Shown: positions 28,801-38,615 of the stretch, one piece after another
Layout: each line of letters opens with the position of its first letter
How positions within the stretch are numbered: position 1 is the stretch's first letter
Assembly (NCBI GenBank): GCA_038206725.1
Contig: JBBRAO010000014.1
Location: 192 to 64,191, forward strand
Length of the DNA stretch: 64,000 nt
Origin: Candidatus Kapaibacterium sp.
GTDB lineage: Bacteria > Bacteroidota > Ignavibacteria > Kapaibacteriales > UBA2268
Reading direction: 5' to 3'
Notes under the pieces: model-generated
What the model saw: only the letters and a program-made list of their open reading frames with translations
The model's database searches: none
What the model was told of the DNA's origin: nothing
Position numbers and translations under genes: made by a program

Positions 28801-31700
28801 GTAGCACAGGTATTTTCTTAGGTTTTGAAGAAAACTCTTCAGTTACTCGCAACGTAATTAACGATGTAACAAGTACTTCAAAAGCTACTGGTATAGTATT
28901 GGGCGGAAGAGCTCACGGTGATTATGTAGGTTATAACAACGTTAATACAAAAGTAGTTAACAACCGTGTAAGTAGTGTTAATGGTGGTTCTTCAGCAGAA
29001 GGTATTCGTGTAGAACAATCACACAACAAATACGACGATCCTTCAAAAGGTATTGTTGTATTCCCATCTGTTTCCGACGATTTAGTAATCGAAGGTAATG
29101 CAATATGGAACATTAACAACCTAACAAGCGGTGCTGATGTATCCGGTATCAATGTGTTCGCTGAACGCGTTGCCGGTGTAATCGGTACTATAAACAACCC
29201 TACCGGTTTATTAAGAGGTGTTAGTATTATGAATAACACAGTAATAATAGATAACACAACCAAAGGAAACGTTTTCGGTATCGGTATTCAAAACACAAAC
29301 AGTGCTGAATTATATAACAATGCTGTTAAAGTCATCAACGGTGGCACATCGAATATAAGCTCAGGTTTATTCATCGTTGGTCTTATGCCATTAGTTAACA
29401 ACAATAATGCGGCTAAACAAGTATTCGAAACAGCTAAAGGTTCAGTTGAATCTAACTATAACGTAATTTACACCAGCCCAATGGTCGATGCTGTAAGATT
29501 TATCGAAAAAGCACCTATGCAAAACGCTGATGAAGAATGGTATTTGGCTTTATTGAACAACGGTTCTAAAGGCGAATACAAAACATTACGCCAATGGCAA
29601 GCTTGGACAGGACAAGATATTTTATCAGTAACAGGTAAAGACTTCACACCTGACTTTACAATCAGTGCAACAGATATTGTAGTAAAAGCAAAACCAGAAG
29701 GTTCTCCTCTTAACAACCGTGGTAAATTATTAGTTGGAACACACTATGACATTCACGGATTACAACGCGGTCAAGCTGAAGAACGTTATGATATTGGAGC
29801 AGTTGAATTTATTGGCAAAACCAATAACGTTGACTTCGAAGCTACAATAATTACTTCGCCTATGAAATATCAAGAAAGCACAGGTAAATTAAACGATGCA
29901 GAATATATGATGACAGCAGGAACAGTTCCTGTATCAGCAATTATTCGCAACATTGGTACTACACAAGAAGAAAACATTGCTATAGCATTCAAATTGTTTA
30001 GAGAAACTCCAACCGGTTGGTTATCAGTTTCAAACTACACAACTAAAGTACGCTCAAACAGCGAAGAATTCGCTTATGTAAATGTTCCTGATTGGGTAAT
30101 CACACCTGAAACTTATGCAGAATTAGATGAAACCGTTCCGTTTGGCGAATTCTACAAAATGGAAGAAAACGTCACACCACGCTATAGATTAGATTTGACA
30201 GTAGGTGATGACCAAAATACAAATGATAATACAGTAAGTCAATATTACAGATTCTATGTAATGAGAGCTAAAACTTACAAGATTTTACAAAGCAATAACT
30301 TGATGGTTCCAGATCCAGACGCAGTAGCCGGCGATATCAACTTATTAGCATCTACTTTGAATGCTAAAGCAGTAGAAACTTCATTGCGCGACATTACATT
30401 ATATAATGTAAGCCGTCAACAAGCTGAAGCAAACAAATTAGCTGATAAGAAAACAGATTTAGCTTATCGTCAAGACGTAGATTATATCAATCGTTTAGGT
30501 TGGCCAACACGTTCAATTGACTATACAATGTATAAATCAGTAATTTATTCAGATGGTAACAACACAATATTAAACAGATACGAAAAACAACACTTGATTA
30601 ACTTCATTCACAGCGGTACAGAATTAACCAAAAAGAACTTCATTATGGCTTCTGAAGAATTCGTTCGCAATGAAAAATTAGACGTAATCAACAAAGGTAT
30701 TGACCCAGACATCAACTTAAGTAGCGAATTCCGTTTAGAACCACGTTATCCATACAGCCCTCTCGGTTTGGACAAACAATCTTTAGGTGGACGTTATGCA
30801 GATTACAGTGGCAAAACAGTAACGGGCGTTAGTGTATCAGGTCATAATACATATATGATTGAGAAATCAGGTCACAGTGCAGACACATATCCACAACCGG
30901 GCTTATTCAATTTATTGGAAGACGGTGAAGGTCGTGTACGTACAGCATTCAAATATGATGAGTTATTGAATCCTGACTTCCCTGAAGAAGGTCGTATAAT
31001 GGGTGGCGCGTTTACATCAGTAAATAGAAATATCTTATACTTGGGCGTAGATTGGCGCAACTTTGATAAAGTTGAAGACATTATGCGCGGCGGTATTGAT
31101 TACTTGAACCGTAACGGCGGCATTGTTAACCCTATCGAATTATACAGCTTCACAGCAGAACCAGTTGGTCAACGCGTAGAATTGAATTGGTCCACAGCAA
31201 GTGAACAAAATTCATTACGTTTTGAAGTTGAAAGATCATTAGTAAGCAGTAGCGAATTGAATTACTCTAAAGTTGGTGAAGTACCAGCGTTAGGTAACAG
31301 CAGTGTATTGCATTACTACGGTTTGACAGACAACAAAGTAACTATGAACAATCGCTATTCTTATAGATTGAAGATGGTTGACGCTAGTGGTCAATATGAG
31401 TATTCAAATGCAGTAGAAGTTGTATTGAATGGTAACGGCGGTATTGAATTAGGCAACGTATTACCAAGTCCAGTTCGCAGTTCTTCAGATTTCACTCTTA
31501 CTTTGTCAGAAGCCTCAACAGTAAGCGTTGAATTATATGATGCTGCAGGTGCTTTGGTTAAAACACTTCATTCAGGTCAATTGCCAAGTGGAATCACAAC
31601 CTTGACAATCAACTCTTCAGATTTCGCAAGCGGTTCTTACACATTAGTAGTACGTTCCGGTGCAACATTGTTAAATAAAAATATTACAATAGTTAAATAA
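25821..31700 (+). CDS. Giant secreted protein: GEVED-like domain, parallel beta-helix repeats, T9SS C-terminal sorting domain
   Basis: Signal peptide. NYGYGEIEDYLITF (GEVED-type motif). Many N-rich beta-helix-like repeats. C-terminal approx 80 aa LPSPV...VELYDAAGALVKTL...GSYTLVV matches the Por/T9SS CTD pattern. Confidence 0.8.
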   Translation: MMKKQPFIYKFALLMTAIFVMLSVSNIPAMAQDTGPEGYCLPNQWVSKQNALYYSYYMCYGDYPKMYSFYLAVPVLTLSDLQIYMKSDPTNRPVQKNSGDVFQNCYQFYLISDYTGGGEFVPGETYVAQMRIKPNDWTYDFGYIYSYCDFGYSWSAAWCSVRMFADWNMDADFADNLSQSRPENEYINQYESHFWMKSGAGYCNAFEVTQEFKVPEDVELKKTRLRIMACQGYTYDYTTWKQIPYPGPQYDKDACVDGYVYLYGYGGVTYYAYNYGYGEIEDYLITFAVALKSSFPDNVAPNNILLAGEKYNGETRKRKDKPDDPPVLFKRPMVELGGAMKEGTTLNYQIFGPKPLGADESQKLVYEALDRTTGSPTIDISGSKWPNQKIVPMTKSRGKYSVGGDGTFMAQSGGVYELRLTVTLPGKPPKVIKKEFICSWANDVAASSIESPLTDGFPRYFKYARGLTMDAIGTFTNTGLNPIYKFDAFCKIYDPDGLLFWEKSYTYDSDKEATGVLGQGKIATIKFGSVKPDKVGQYKMYIKCDLLSAADMEPFNDRFMREGDPEYTFAVADEYEAQAYASVIPLKDSKTIVINRPFFPIGDFKNNGISDIGNAYAKMEFKHLTSSYSKSVDVIIESLPQAPEGQNIRSVKFPPIALEKAGMYEGTMTIKAVGDRQTKNDQIKFNFEVVNSLKGEFTVGTGGDFATIDDAMNSLYRNGIDGPVTLILIDKVYNVGDINVSAPAWDLTTTILGHSQANPINIKPSKELEILKASITINLFSKQGIGVLFGQRLQNKYSGAIINEQLPTNLLISYANNPGYITIDGGKNKSIKFVLNSGHPTYGAAFLLAGGSENVTIKNILIENGTSQIKNSSYVPGTFYNKKDGNKFEPDVVLQTNESYSAGIVNRARISKQEPITVEGLPQDKTQDAGYMLDIIPNSNNVFVNNEISGFGFGVLSLGMGPVLIKDVQTDKETLENRYNKNTLIENNLITSSGSTGIFLGFEENSSVTRNVINDVTSTSKATGIVLGGRAHGDYVGYNNVNTKVVNNRVSSVNGGSSAEGIRVEQSHNKYDDPSKGIVVFPSVSDDLVIEGNAIWNINNLTSGADVSGINVFAERVAGVIGTINNPTGLLRGVSIMNNTVIIDNTTKGNVFGIGIQNTNSAELYNNAVKVINGGTSNISSGLFIVGLMPLVNNNNAAKQVFETAKGSVESNYNVIYTSPMVDAVRFIEKAPMQNADEEWYLALLNNGSKGEYKTLRQWQAWTGQDILSVTGKDFTPDFTISATDIVVKAKPEGSPLNNRGKLLVGTHYDIHGLQRGQAEERYDIGAVEFIGKTNNVDFEATIITSPMKYQESTGKLNDAEYMMTAGTVPVSAIIRNIGTTQEENIAIAFKLFRETPTGWLSVSNYTTKVRSNSEEFAYVNVPDWVITPETYAELDETVPFGEFYKMEENVTPRYRLDLTVGDDQNTNDNTVSQYYRFYVMRAKTYKILQSNNLMVPDPDAVAGDINLLASTLNAKAVETSLRDITLYNVSRQQAEANKLADKKTDLAYRQDVDYINRLGWPTRSIDYTMYKSVIYSDGNNTILNRYEKQHLINFIHSGTELTKKNFIMASEEFVRNEKLDVINKGIDPDINLSSEFRLEPRYPYSPLGLDKQSLGGRYADYSGKTVTGVSVSGHNTYMIEKSGHSADTYPQPGLFNLLEDGEGRVRTAFKYDELLNPDFPEEGRIMGGAFTSVNRNILYLGVDWRNFDKVEDIMRGGIDYLNRNGGIVNPIELYSFTAEPVGQRVELNWSTASEQNSLRFEVERSLVSSSELNYSKVGEVPALGNSSVLHYYGLTDNKVTMNNRYSYRLKMVDASGQYEYSNAVEVVLNGNGGIELGNVLPSPVRSSSDFTLTLSEASTVSVELYDAAGALVKTLHSGQLPSGITTLTINSSDFASGSYTLVVRSGATLLNKNITIVK

Positions 31701-31727
31701 CGTAATATTAAAACATAACTTATATAT

Positions 31728-31761
31728 AAAGCTGTCTTGGAAACAAGACAGCTTTATTTTT
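31728..31761 (+). terminator. Rho-independent terminator
   Basis: AAAGCTGTCTTG-gaaa-CAAGACAGCTTT perfect 12-bp stem followed by a T-run. Confidence 0.85.
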
Positions 31762-31831
31762 AAATATTAGTGTAACTTTTTCGTTAATATTTTGTTATAC
31801 GATTATATTTTATTGCAAATTTGATAGGTTT

Positions 31832-34800
31832 ATGAAGAATTTTTGTGTTTTACTTATATTTTTTGCTTTTGTTTATATAACAAAAGCCGATTTAACTTTG
31901 GAGATTAAACAAGTATCGTGGTCTGAAAATGTTGTTACCGGTCAACCGCCAATTCTAACAGCTAAAATTCAAGCAAGACAGAATGGTATTATAACTAGTG
32001 TAGATGCCAACGAACTTATAATATATGAGAATTGGGTGGATGGTGCAAAACCAATAAAGGTTACCGGATTTGAAAATAGTTGGCAAACAGTATCTTGGAT
32101 TCCCGAAAATATTTATTGGGATTCGACTCTGTACCGTGGAAAATTGATTTGGACGTTAGATGGCGAAAGTGTAGAAAGCGATATTATGGGATATATCGGA
32201 CGATTTGTAGTGTTTCGTATAAACGATCAGGACGAAAAAGCTATAAGCGAAATAAACTATGGTTATATTCCACCAGGAAACAAGGTCCCTTATCAAATAC
32301 ATATTCAACCTTCATTTTTGGATAAGTCCACTGATAATGTCCACATAGATTCTATAAGAACTAAAACAAAATATTTTACTGTGGGGATGAAAGGCTCATT
32401 ATTGCCGAGATACACTTTTCCTGACCCACCTTGCGACCTAATGACTGATAATGGTTATTACATTAACCTTATGTTTGAACCCGATACTTACGACCAATAT
32501 TATGATATTTTGACAATATATTATAACCACGGTCTTAAGAAACGCATTCCTATATTTGCAAATAAAGCTGAATATGAAAAAGAAACAGTTTTACATCTAA
32601 TAAAACCGAATGGTTCGGAAATTCTAACACCTTGTGAAGATTTTGATATTAAATGGGAAAATAATGCAAAAAGCTCCTTTGTTTTAATTTATTATAGCAT
32701 CGATGGTGGCAGAAATTGGAAATATATTAACAAAGTCAAAGATTCTGTTTATAAATGGAAAGTTCCTGCTGATATAACCAATCGAGCTCAGATAAAAATT
32801 GTCCAAGAGTTAAATGAGTCAAGTTCTTTTAGTTTGAATGATATTTACTCAGGAATAAATAAATTGGCATACAATCAAAATGGTTCTCGTTTATTAGGTG
32901 TTACTGATAAAGGGGAAACACTTGAATATGATTTGTACAGTCAAGGTGCTCCCGTTGTTATAAACAAATGGTCGTTGATGGATGTCAACGATACACCGAC
33001 AGAGGATGTTTTTGGTCTGGATTATATTTCCGGCGATTCATTATTTGCAGTTGCTTATAATATGAAAGGAAGTTGGGGTGCAAAGGACCAGGCTTATATT
33101 GCATATTTTAATGGTAAGAGTAGATTACCAATTTCAAAATATAAGGTTATGGAAAAATTCTGGGGCAAGAGGCTTCTTGTTGACAAAAAGAAAAAATATA
33201 TGGTTTTTGTTCCTGCAGGTTCATCAGCAACTTTACCGATCTATAATCCATTGGATTTTTCAATAATTAAAGTACTAAAATTCGATTATCCTATAATAGA
33301 TTTTAAATTTAACGATAAATTAGACAAAGCGCTCATCGCTTTGATGGATGGAACTGTAAAAGAACTATCTCTGCCGGATTTTTCAGAGGCAAAAAAATAT
33401 GATATCTCAGATGAATATTTGCCGATTATCATAGGATATTCACCTAATGGGAAATTAATGTCATTAGGGTTTAAAAACATGGGTGGGTTAACCAACAATT
33501 ATATATATGATATAGACAGAGGTCACGTTGTAGGTGCGGTTCGAGCCGCGGGAAGTAATCCGGTAGTTCATACTTTTAGTCCTGAATCGCGTCAATTTGT
33601 TTTGGGATCTCAATATCAAGAACAGTTGATGCTACTTGATTTAACGGGTGAAGTCAATCCGCAGTATCTCGCATCCCATATCGATGGGGCTTTGACCGAT
33701 GTACAATTTGCTCCTGATGCCCATTCTGTTGGTTCCAGTAGTACATCACCTAACGATAACATTAAATTTAGAATTTTTGCTTTTCCTGATTTCGATAAAA
33801 GTGATGGTATATTTTATATAGTACCGGTGGAAGTATCAAGACCAATTCAAAATGTTCCACAAGCATATATGGGAACTCATAATGATTTTTATATTACTAA
33901 TGTTTGTAATACAGGTATGGGTATAGTAGATTATTATAATCTTAGAATGAAAAACGGAACCCATTTTAAAGTATTAGATGATAATAAAAAGAAAGATACT
34001 ATTGATCCGGGAGGTTGCGCAAATTTCCATTTAGATTATTTCCCTGTTGACATAGGTACTATTAGCGATTCATTGGTATTTACAGTTTGCGGTATAGACT
34101 ATTTTGTCCCATTAAATTCGAAATCATTACCAAGAAATATTGAATATACGACACGAGATTTGAACTTTGGCGATGTATGCTTAGGTGAATCAAATTTAAT
34201 CAGAAGCGTCATATTTATAAATAGAGATCCTGTACCATTGATTGTAAATAAATTTGAGTTTTCCGGTACAGATAAGGTACATTTTAAAAGAGATGATATA
34301 AAAGATACCATTATACCAGCCGGTGGTCAAATAGAGATGAACCTGTATTTTGCACCACAGAGCTTTGGGGATAAATCGTGTGAATTAGTGCTTTTCCATT
34401 CTCAGCAAGCGAAATATACTGAAAAAATGACATTACGAGGCAAAGGTATAGGTACTTTTGTTGAAGTAAGCCATACCAAATTACTTTTTATACCGGAAAT
34501 CAATGTAAGAACTTTGTACGTTGTTAATACAGGGGAGACCTCAATAACTTTCGATAATGTTACTTATTCGCCTACCGGTTATTTCGAAACTGTTACACCA
34601 CTGCCAATAATAATAAGTGGACACGATACTTTAGTATTACAGATAAGGCAACTACAATCCTCCAAAAATCTAGTTTCTATGAGCCTTGATGCAACTCCTT
34701 GTTTGGTGCAAAGATCATTAAGCTTAGGCAATTATGAAGGAACTGCACAGGTGAAAATAGCGGATGTAGTAGCAAATCCTACAGATGAAGTCAGTATTCC

Positions 34801-35434
34801 GGTAACTTATGAAGTACGGGATAACGTTGCTCCATACAAAGGGCGAAGAATTTTCGAAGCGATTATCAGAACTAATCCACGATTATTCATTCCTACATCT
34901 ATTACAACCGATTTTGATAGCGCTGAAATTTTGGAAAACAGATACGATGGATCGGATCGGATTTTCAAAATTAGAGTAGAGGGTGATTTCGCAGGTCAAG
35001 GTAATTTAGCAGTAATTAAGGGAATCCCAGGATATGCTGAAAACAATTTTACTGATTTGTTATTCGACAATAATTGCCTTCTTTTTGGAAAATCAGTAGG
35101 TACTTTGGCAAAGAAAGGAAGTTTAACTATTAATATACCATATCCCGACAGAAAAATTTATAGGAATTCCGATAAACTAATAATTACAAGTTTATCACCG
35201 AACCCGGCGACAGATTATTTAGATATAGTTTTTGATTCCAAATTGACAGTTAATTGTAAAATTGAAGTCGTAAACCAATTAGGATTGGTAGTATCAAGTT
35301 TGGACATTAATGCTACGCAATTAGGTTCGAATAACTATAGATTGATTACAAGCAGTTTAATCTCCGGAAATTACACTGTTAAATTGCTAGCTCAAGGTTA
35401 TATTACAACCGCCGGATTTTTAATAACTAAATAA
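31832..35434 (+). CDS. Large secreted protein: beta-propeller-like region, ASH/PapD-like Ig domains, cohesin-like module, T9SS CTD
   Basis: Signal peptide. LNFGDVCLGESN...-type Ig repeats. AQVKIADVVANPTDEVSIPVTYEV (cohesin-like). C-terminus LSPNPATDYLDIVF...VVNQLGLVV...GNYTVKL (T9SS CTD). Confidence 0.75.
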   Translation: MKNFCVLLIFFAFVYITKADLTLEIKQVSWSENVVTGQPPILTAKIQARQNGIITSVDANELIIYENWVDGAKPIKVTGFENSWQTVSWIPENIYWDSTLYRGKLIWTLDGESVESDIMGYIGRFVVFRINDQDEKAISEINYGYIPPGNKVPYQIHIQPSFLDKSTDNVHIDSIRTKTKYFTVGMKGSLLPRYTFPDPPCDLMTDNGYYINLMFEPDTYDQYYDILTIYYNHGLKKRIPIFANKAEYEKETVLHLIKPNGSEILTPCEDFDIKWENNAKSSFVLIYYSIDGGRNWKYINKVKDSVYKWKVPADITNRAQIKIVQELNESSSFSLNDIYSGINKLAYNQNGSRLLGVTDKGETLEYDLYSQGAPVVINKWSLMDVNDTPTEDVFGLDYISGDSLFAVAYNMKGSWGAKDQAYIAYFNGKSRLPISKYKVMEKFWGKRLLVDKKKKYMVFVPAGSSATLPIYNPLDFSIIKVLKFDYPIIDFKFNDKLDKALIALMDGTVKELSLPDFSEAKKYDISDEYLPIIIGYSPNGKLMSLGFKNMGGLTNNYIYDIDRGHVVGAVRAAGSNPVVHTFSPESRQFVLGSQYQEQLMLLDLTGEVNPQYLASHIDGALTDVQFAPDAHSVGSSSTSPNDNIKFRIFAFPDFDKSDGIFYIVPVEVSRPIQNVPQAYMGTHNDFYITNVCNTGMGIVDYYNLRMKNGTHFKVLDDNKKKDTIDPGGCANFHLDYFPVDIGTISDSLVFTVCGIDYFVPLNSKSLPRNIEYTTRDLNFGDVCLGESNLIRSVIFINRDPVPLIVNKFEFSGTDKVHFKRDDIKDTIIPAGGQIEMNLYFAPQSFGDKSCELVLFHSQQAKYTEKMTLRGKGIGTFVEVSHTKLLFIPEINVRTLYVVNTGETSITFDNVTYSPTGYFETVTPLPIIISGHDTLVLQIRQLQSSKNLVSMSLDATPCLVQRSLSLGNYEGTAQVKIADVVANPTDEVSIPVTYEVRDNVAPYKGRRIFEAIIRTNPRLFIPTSITTDFDSAEILENRYDGSDRIFKIRVEGDFAGQGNLAVIKGIPGYAENNFTDLLFDNNCLLFGKSVGTLAKKGSLTINIPYPDRKIYRNSDKLIITSLSPNPATDYLDIVFDSKLTVNCKIEVVNQLGLVVSSLDINATQLGSNNYRLITSSLISGNYTVKLLAQGYITTAGFLITK

Positions 35435-35445
35435 ATTTATCTTAT

Positions 35446-37341
35446 ATGAAGAAAATAATCATAATTTTTCTGTTAATACCGTTTACATTAATATCTAAAG
35501 AATATAAGAATTGTATATATACTGCAGATTTATACCTTAATAATAATTTTTATGCTTCGAGTTTCCCAAAACTCCCCAATGTTAATAATACAAGCCCCAA
35601 TTTTGGGTTTGCTTATGGAATAATGCCCGGAGCCGGTCTCGGTTTGGAATATAAAAGCCCAAAACAATTATTTGGGATGAACTGGAATTACCTTTTAAAC
35701 ATAGGTTATACCGGGTTGGATGCAAAATATACTGTTACTCATACTATTGGATATGATATTTCAGAAACCACTTACGAAAAAATGAATGCTAGAAATGATT
35801 TAAAAGCTTTTTTACCTATGGCCTACATAACTAACGGTATGATATTCCATCCATTCGAAATTCCTTTGTCCTTAGGTTTGGGAGTTCGATTAGGTTGGAT
35901 TTTTAACCCAAAGTATGAACAATCTGAAACATTACTGAATAAGGATAGGTTTTACGAAACCGGAACAAATAAGCGCGATGTGGCATCAGGTGATTTACCT
36001 TCAGCCCAAAACTTGTTTTCGAGCATAAACCTTATCGCTCGATATAAATTGAAAAGTTATAATGACCTTGATATAATACCGAGTATATCGTTTAATTATG
36101 GATTAACCAATATAGTTAACGGTTTGAATTGGAAAGTCAATAATGTTCAAGCAGGTGTAACTTTAGCATACAATGCAACAAAGCCTTTACCAAAAGCGGA
36201 GCCACCAAAACCGCCTTTAAGACCGCTATTGCCGACTCCTATGAACAAAATGAAGAACTTGAATCTTGAACTCAATATATTTGCGGATAATAAGTTAGTT
36301 GCAAACGAACCGATTGATATTGAAATCACTCAGAATTATTATTTTGACGAATACTTATTCCCAAATGAGATTTATTATAACGCGAATCAAACCGCTGAAT
36401 TAACATATTTGGCTGAAAATACTGTAAATGCAATCGCCGATAAAATGCTCGATAACAAAGATCTTGAATTGAAAATCATTGCAAAAACACCTGATTTGAA
36501 AGAAAAAACTGAATCGAAAGAAACCATCAATAAAAGAGTACAAAATGTTGTTCAAATGATGACCGCAAATGGTATTGACAGCAAAAGAATTACGGTGGAA
36601 AACCAGATTGTAAGCGAAGATTTTAAATATAACGAATTAGCCGACGAAAGCCGATTATTGGTTTTAGAAACTTCGGACAAGGAAAAACTTGTTCAAATAA
36701 AAGCAATTAAAGATGTGAAAATTAATGTACGTAAAGTTACTTTGAAAATTGAACCAAAGGTTGAAAGTGAAGCAGGAGTTAAAGAATTCGTAGGAACGAT
36801 CTTTTCACCCGTCAAAAGCAATACTTTTGCAGACTTTGGTGTAAATGGCGTAGAACTCTTTGTAGACGATAGTTTTTTAGGTACCGACAAAGTGGGCCAG
36901 TTTTCTGATGAAAAGCTTACTGTGTATGCTACAGCCTCGGATAACGATAAGATATCAGTCAAAACCCAACGCGAATTAGTGTTCCACCCGAAATATCTAA
37001 AACAATATACAAATGCTGCTGTTGCAGAGGGCAGAAGAGAACTTGTAGTTCTAGGATATTCCAGATTTGATAAAGCGAATTTCTTTAGTGTTAACGAATC
37101 AGCAAAATCAAAAGTGAATGCAGCTTTGGCTCAAGGCAAAAAGGTTTATTTGATTGCGACAACAGATGATTTGGGTGAGCAGTCATATAATGATGAATTA
37201 GCACGTAGAAGAATGCATAGTGCTATTGAATATCTTGAAATAGATGCAGACAAAGTTGAAAAAATATTCAAGACGAATAATTCTCCAAAAACCGCTTTCG
37301 ACAGGGTCTTGAGCAGAGGGGTTTATGTTGAAATAGAATAG
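35446..37341 (+). CDS. Putative outer-membrane protein (N-terminal beta-barrel-like region, Pro-rich linker, degenerate OmpA-like C-terminal modules)
   Basis: Signal peptide and alternating beta-strand pattern. Linker KPLPKAEPPKPPLRPLLPTP. NDELARRRMHSAIEYL resembles the OmpA_C N..LS..RA..V..YL motif. Confidence 0.5.
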   Translation: MKKIIIIFLLIPFTLISKEYKNCIYTADLYLNNNFYASSFPKLPNVNNTSPNFGFAYGIMPGAGLGLEYKSPKQLFGMNWNYLLNIGYTGLDAKYTVTHTIGYDISETTYEKMNARNDLKAFLPMAYITNGMIFHPFEIPLSLGLGVRLGWIFNPKYEQSETLLNKDRFYETGTNKRDVASGDLPSAQNLFSSINLIARYKLKSYNDLDIIPSISFNYGLTNIVNGLNWKVNNVQAGVTLAYNATKPLPKAEPPKPPLRPLLPTPMNKMKNLNLELNIFADNKLVANEPIDIEITQNYYFDEYLFPNEIYYNANQTAELTYLAENTVNAIADKMLDNKDLELKIIAKTPDLKEKTESKETINKRVQNVVQMMTANGIDSKRITVENQIVSEDFKYNELADESRLLVLETSDKEKLVQIKAIKDVKINVRKVTLKIEPKVESEAGVKEFVGTIFSPVKSNTFADFGVNGVELFVDDSFLGTDKVGQFSDEKLTVYATASDNDKISVKTQRELVFHPKYLKQYTNAAVAEGRRELVVLGYSRFDKANFFSVNESAKSKVNAALAQGKKVYLIATTDDLGEQSYNDELARRRMHSAIEYLEIDADKVEKIFKTNNSPKTAFDRVLSRGVYVEIE

Positions 37342-37344
37342 TTT

Positions 37345-38115
37345 TTATTTAGAAGTTTGTTTGGGATTTAATCCATTAGCAATCATTCTTTCAAATTCTT
37401 TTATATCAGAGCGATTTGCGTTTTCCGGAAATCGCTTTTTATATAAATCTATTGTGGAGCGTGCTTTCTCAAAACTTTCCATTAGAATTTGAGCCTTTAA
37501 TTTACCGATAAACGATGGTTCAAAAAACTCAGAATCTACATAATTTTCTATAACAGAATTATAATAAATTATGGCTGCTTTTGGTTCTTCAATTTTCGAG
37601 TAAAGTTCTGCGGTTGCAAAATCCCTTTGAGCTAATTTCTTAGTCAATTCAATAACTTTTTTTTGAGCATCGAAAAACAAAGAGTCACCAGGGTGTAATT
37701 CTTTAAAATTATTGAATTGGTCAATGGCTTTTTTTGTATATTCCTGGTCTCTGTCAAAATCAGGAGATAATTGATAATAACATAAAGCATTTTTATATCT
37801 TGCGTCTTTTCTCAATAAACTTGCAGGATAATTTCTTTCTAAAAGGCTGTAGGAATACGCCGCTAATACATATTCTTTGCGGGCGTAATAAATCTCACCT
37901 AAATAGTATTGCGAGCTATCGGAATAAATACTTGAGGGAAACTGTAATTTAATCTTTTCGAATAAATTTTGGGCTTCTAGATAGTCCTTTTTCGCAAAAA
38001 GTTGTTTTCCCGTTTCGAATACACTTTTAGCAGTTGTTAAAGATTTATAATCCGTAGTTTTACAGGATATAAGAAAAAATGCGGATAAAATACTGAATAT
38101 TATTATTTTTTTCAT
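37345..38115 (-). CDS. bamD: Outer membrane protein assembly factor BamD (TPR lipoprotein)
   Basis: Lipobox LISCKT. TPR-like repeats (AKKDYLEAQNLFEKIKLQFPSS...SQYYLGEIYYARKEY). Confidence 0.75.
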   Translation of the reverse strand: MKKIIIFSILSAFFLISCKTTDYKSLTTAKSVFETGKQLFAKKDYLEAQNLFEKIKLQFPSSIYSDSSQYYLGEIYYARKEYVLAAYSYSLLERNYPASLLRKDARYKNALCYYQLSPDFDRDQEYTKKAIDQFNNFKELHPGDSLFFDAQKKVIELTKKLAQRDFATAELYSKIEEPKAAIIYYNSVIENYVDSEFFEPSFIGKLKAQILMESFEKARSTIDLYKKRFPENANRSDIKEFERMIANGLNPKQTSK

Positions 38116-38135
38116 TTCGAACTAATTTAATAAGA

Positions 38136-38176
38136 ATTTTAAAAAAGAAAAGCGGCTGATCTATTCGATTAGCCGC
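38136..38176 (-). terminator. Rho-independent terminator of trxA
   Basis: On the minus strand, GCGGCTAATC / GATCAGCCGC stem (one mismatch) followed by TTTTCTTTTTT. Confidence 0.7.
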
Positions 38177-38195
38177 ATAGAATGTAAGTACCAGA

Positions 38196-38519
38196 TTATA
38201 AAACTTCAGTTAAGCGACTGTGAATTTGCGATTTAGGCACTGCGCCTATAATAGTATCAACTAATTCACCGCCTTTGAAAATTAAAAGAGCAGGGATTGA
38301 TCTAATACCATATTCCATAGGAATATTGCGGTTTTTATCAACATCCATTTTACATACTTTTATTTTTCCATCAAATTCGTTTGCTAAAGCATCCATAGTT
38401 GGGGATAGTGCCATACAAGGACCGCACCATATTGCCCAAAAGTCGAGTATTACCGGTATATCTGATTTAAGAACTTCTGTTTCGAAGGTTGCATCTGTGA
38501 TGTGCAATGGTTGAGCCAT
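38196..38519 (-). CDS. trxA: Thioredoxin
   Basis: 107 aa. WAIWCGPC active site and typical flanks. Confidence 0.95.
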   Translation of the reverse strand: MAQPLHITDATFETEVLKSDIPVILDFWAIWCGPCMALSPTMDALANEFDGKIKVCKMDVDKNRNIPMEYGIRSIPALLIFKGGELVDTIIGAVPKSQIHSRLTEVL

Positions 38520-38615
38520 AATTAACTCCGATTTTATAAAAAATTAAAACAATTAATAAATCTCAAAGACGTTATTTTAAAATAAATATTGAATTAAAAA
38601 TTAATGATTTGTTAA

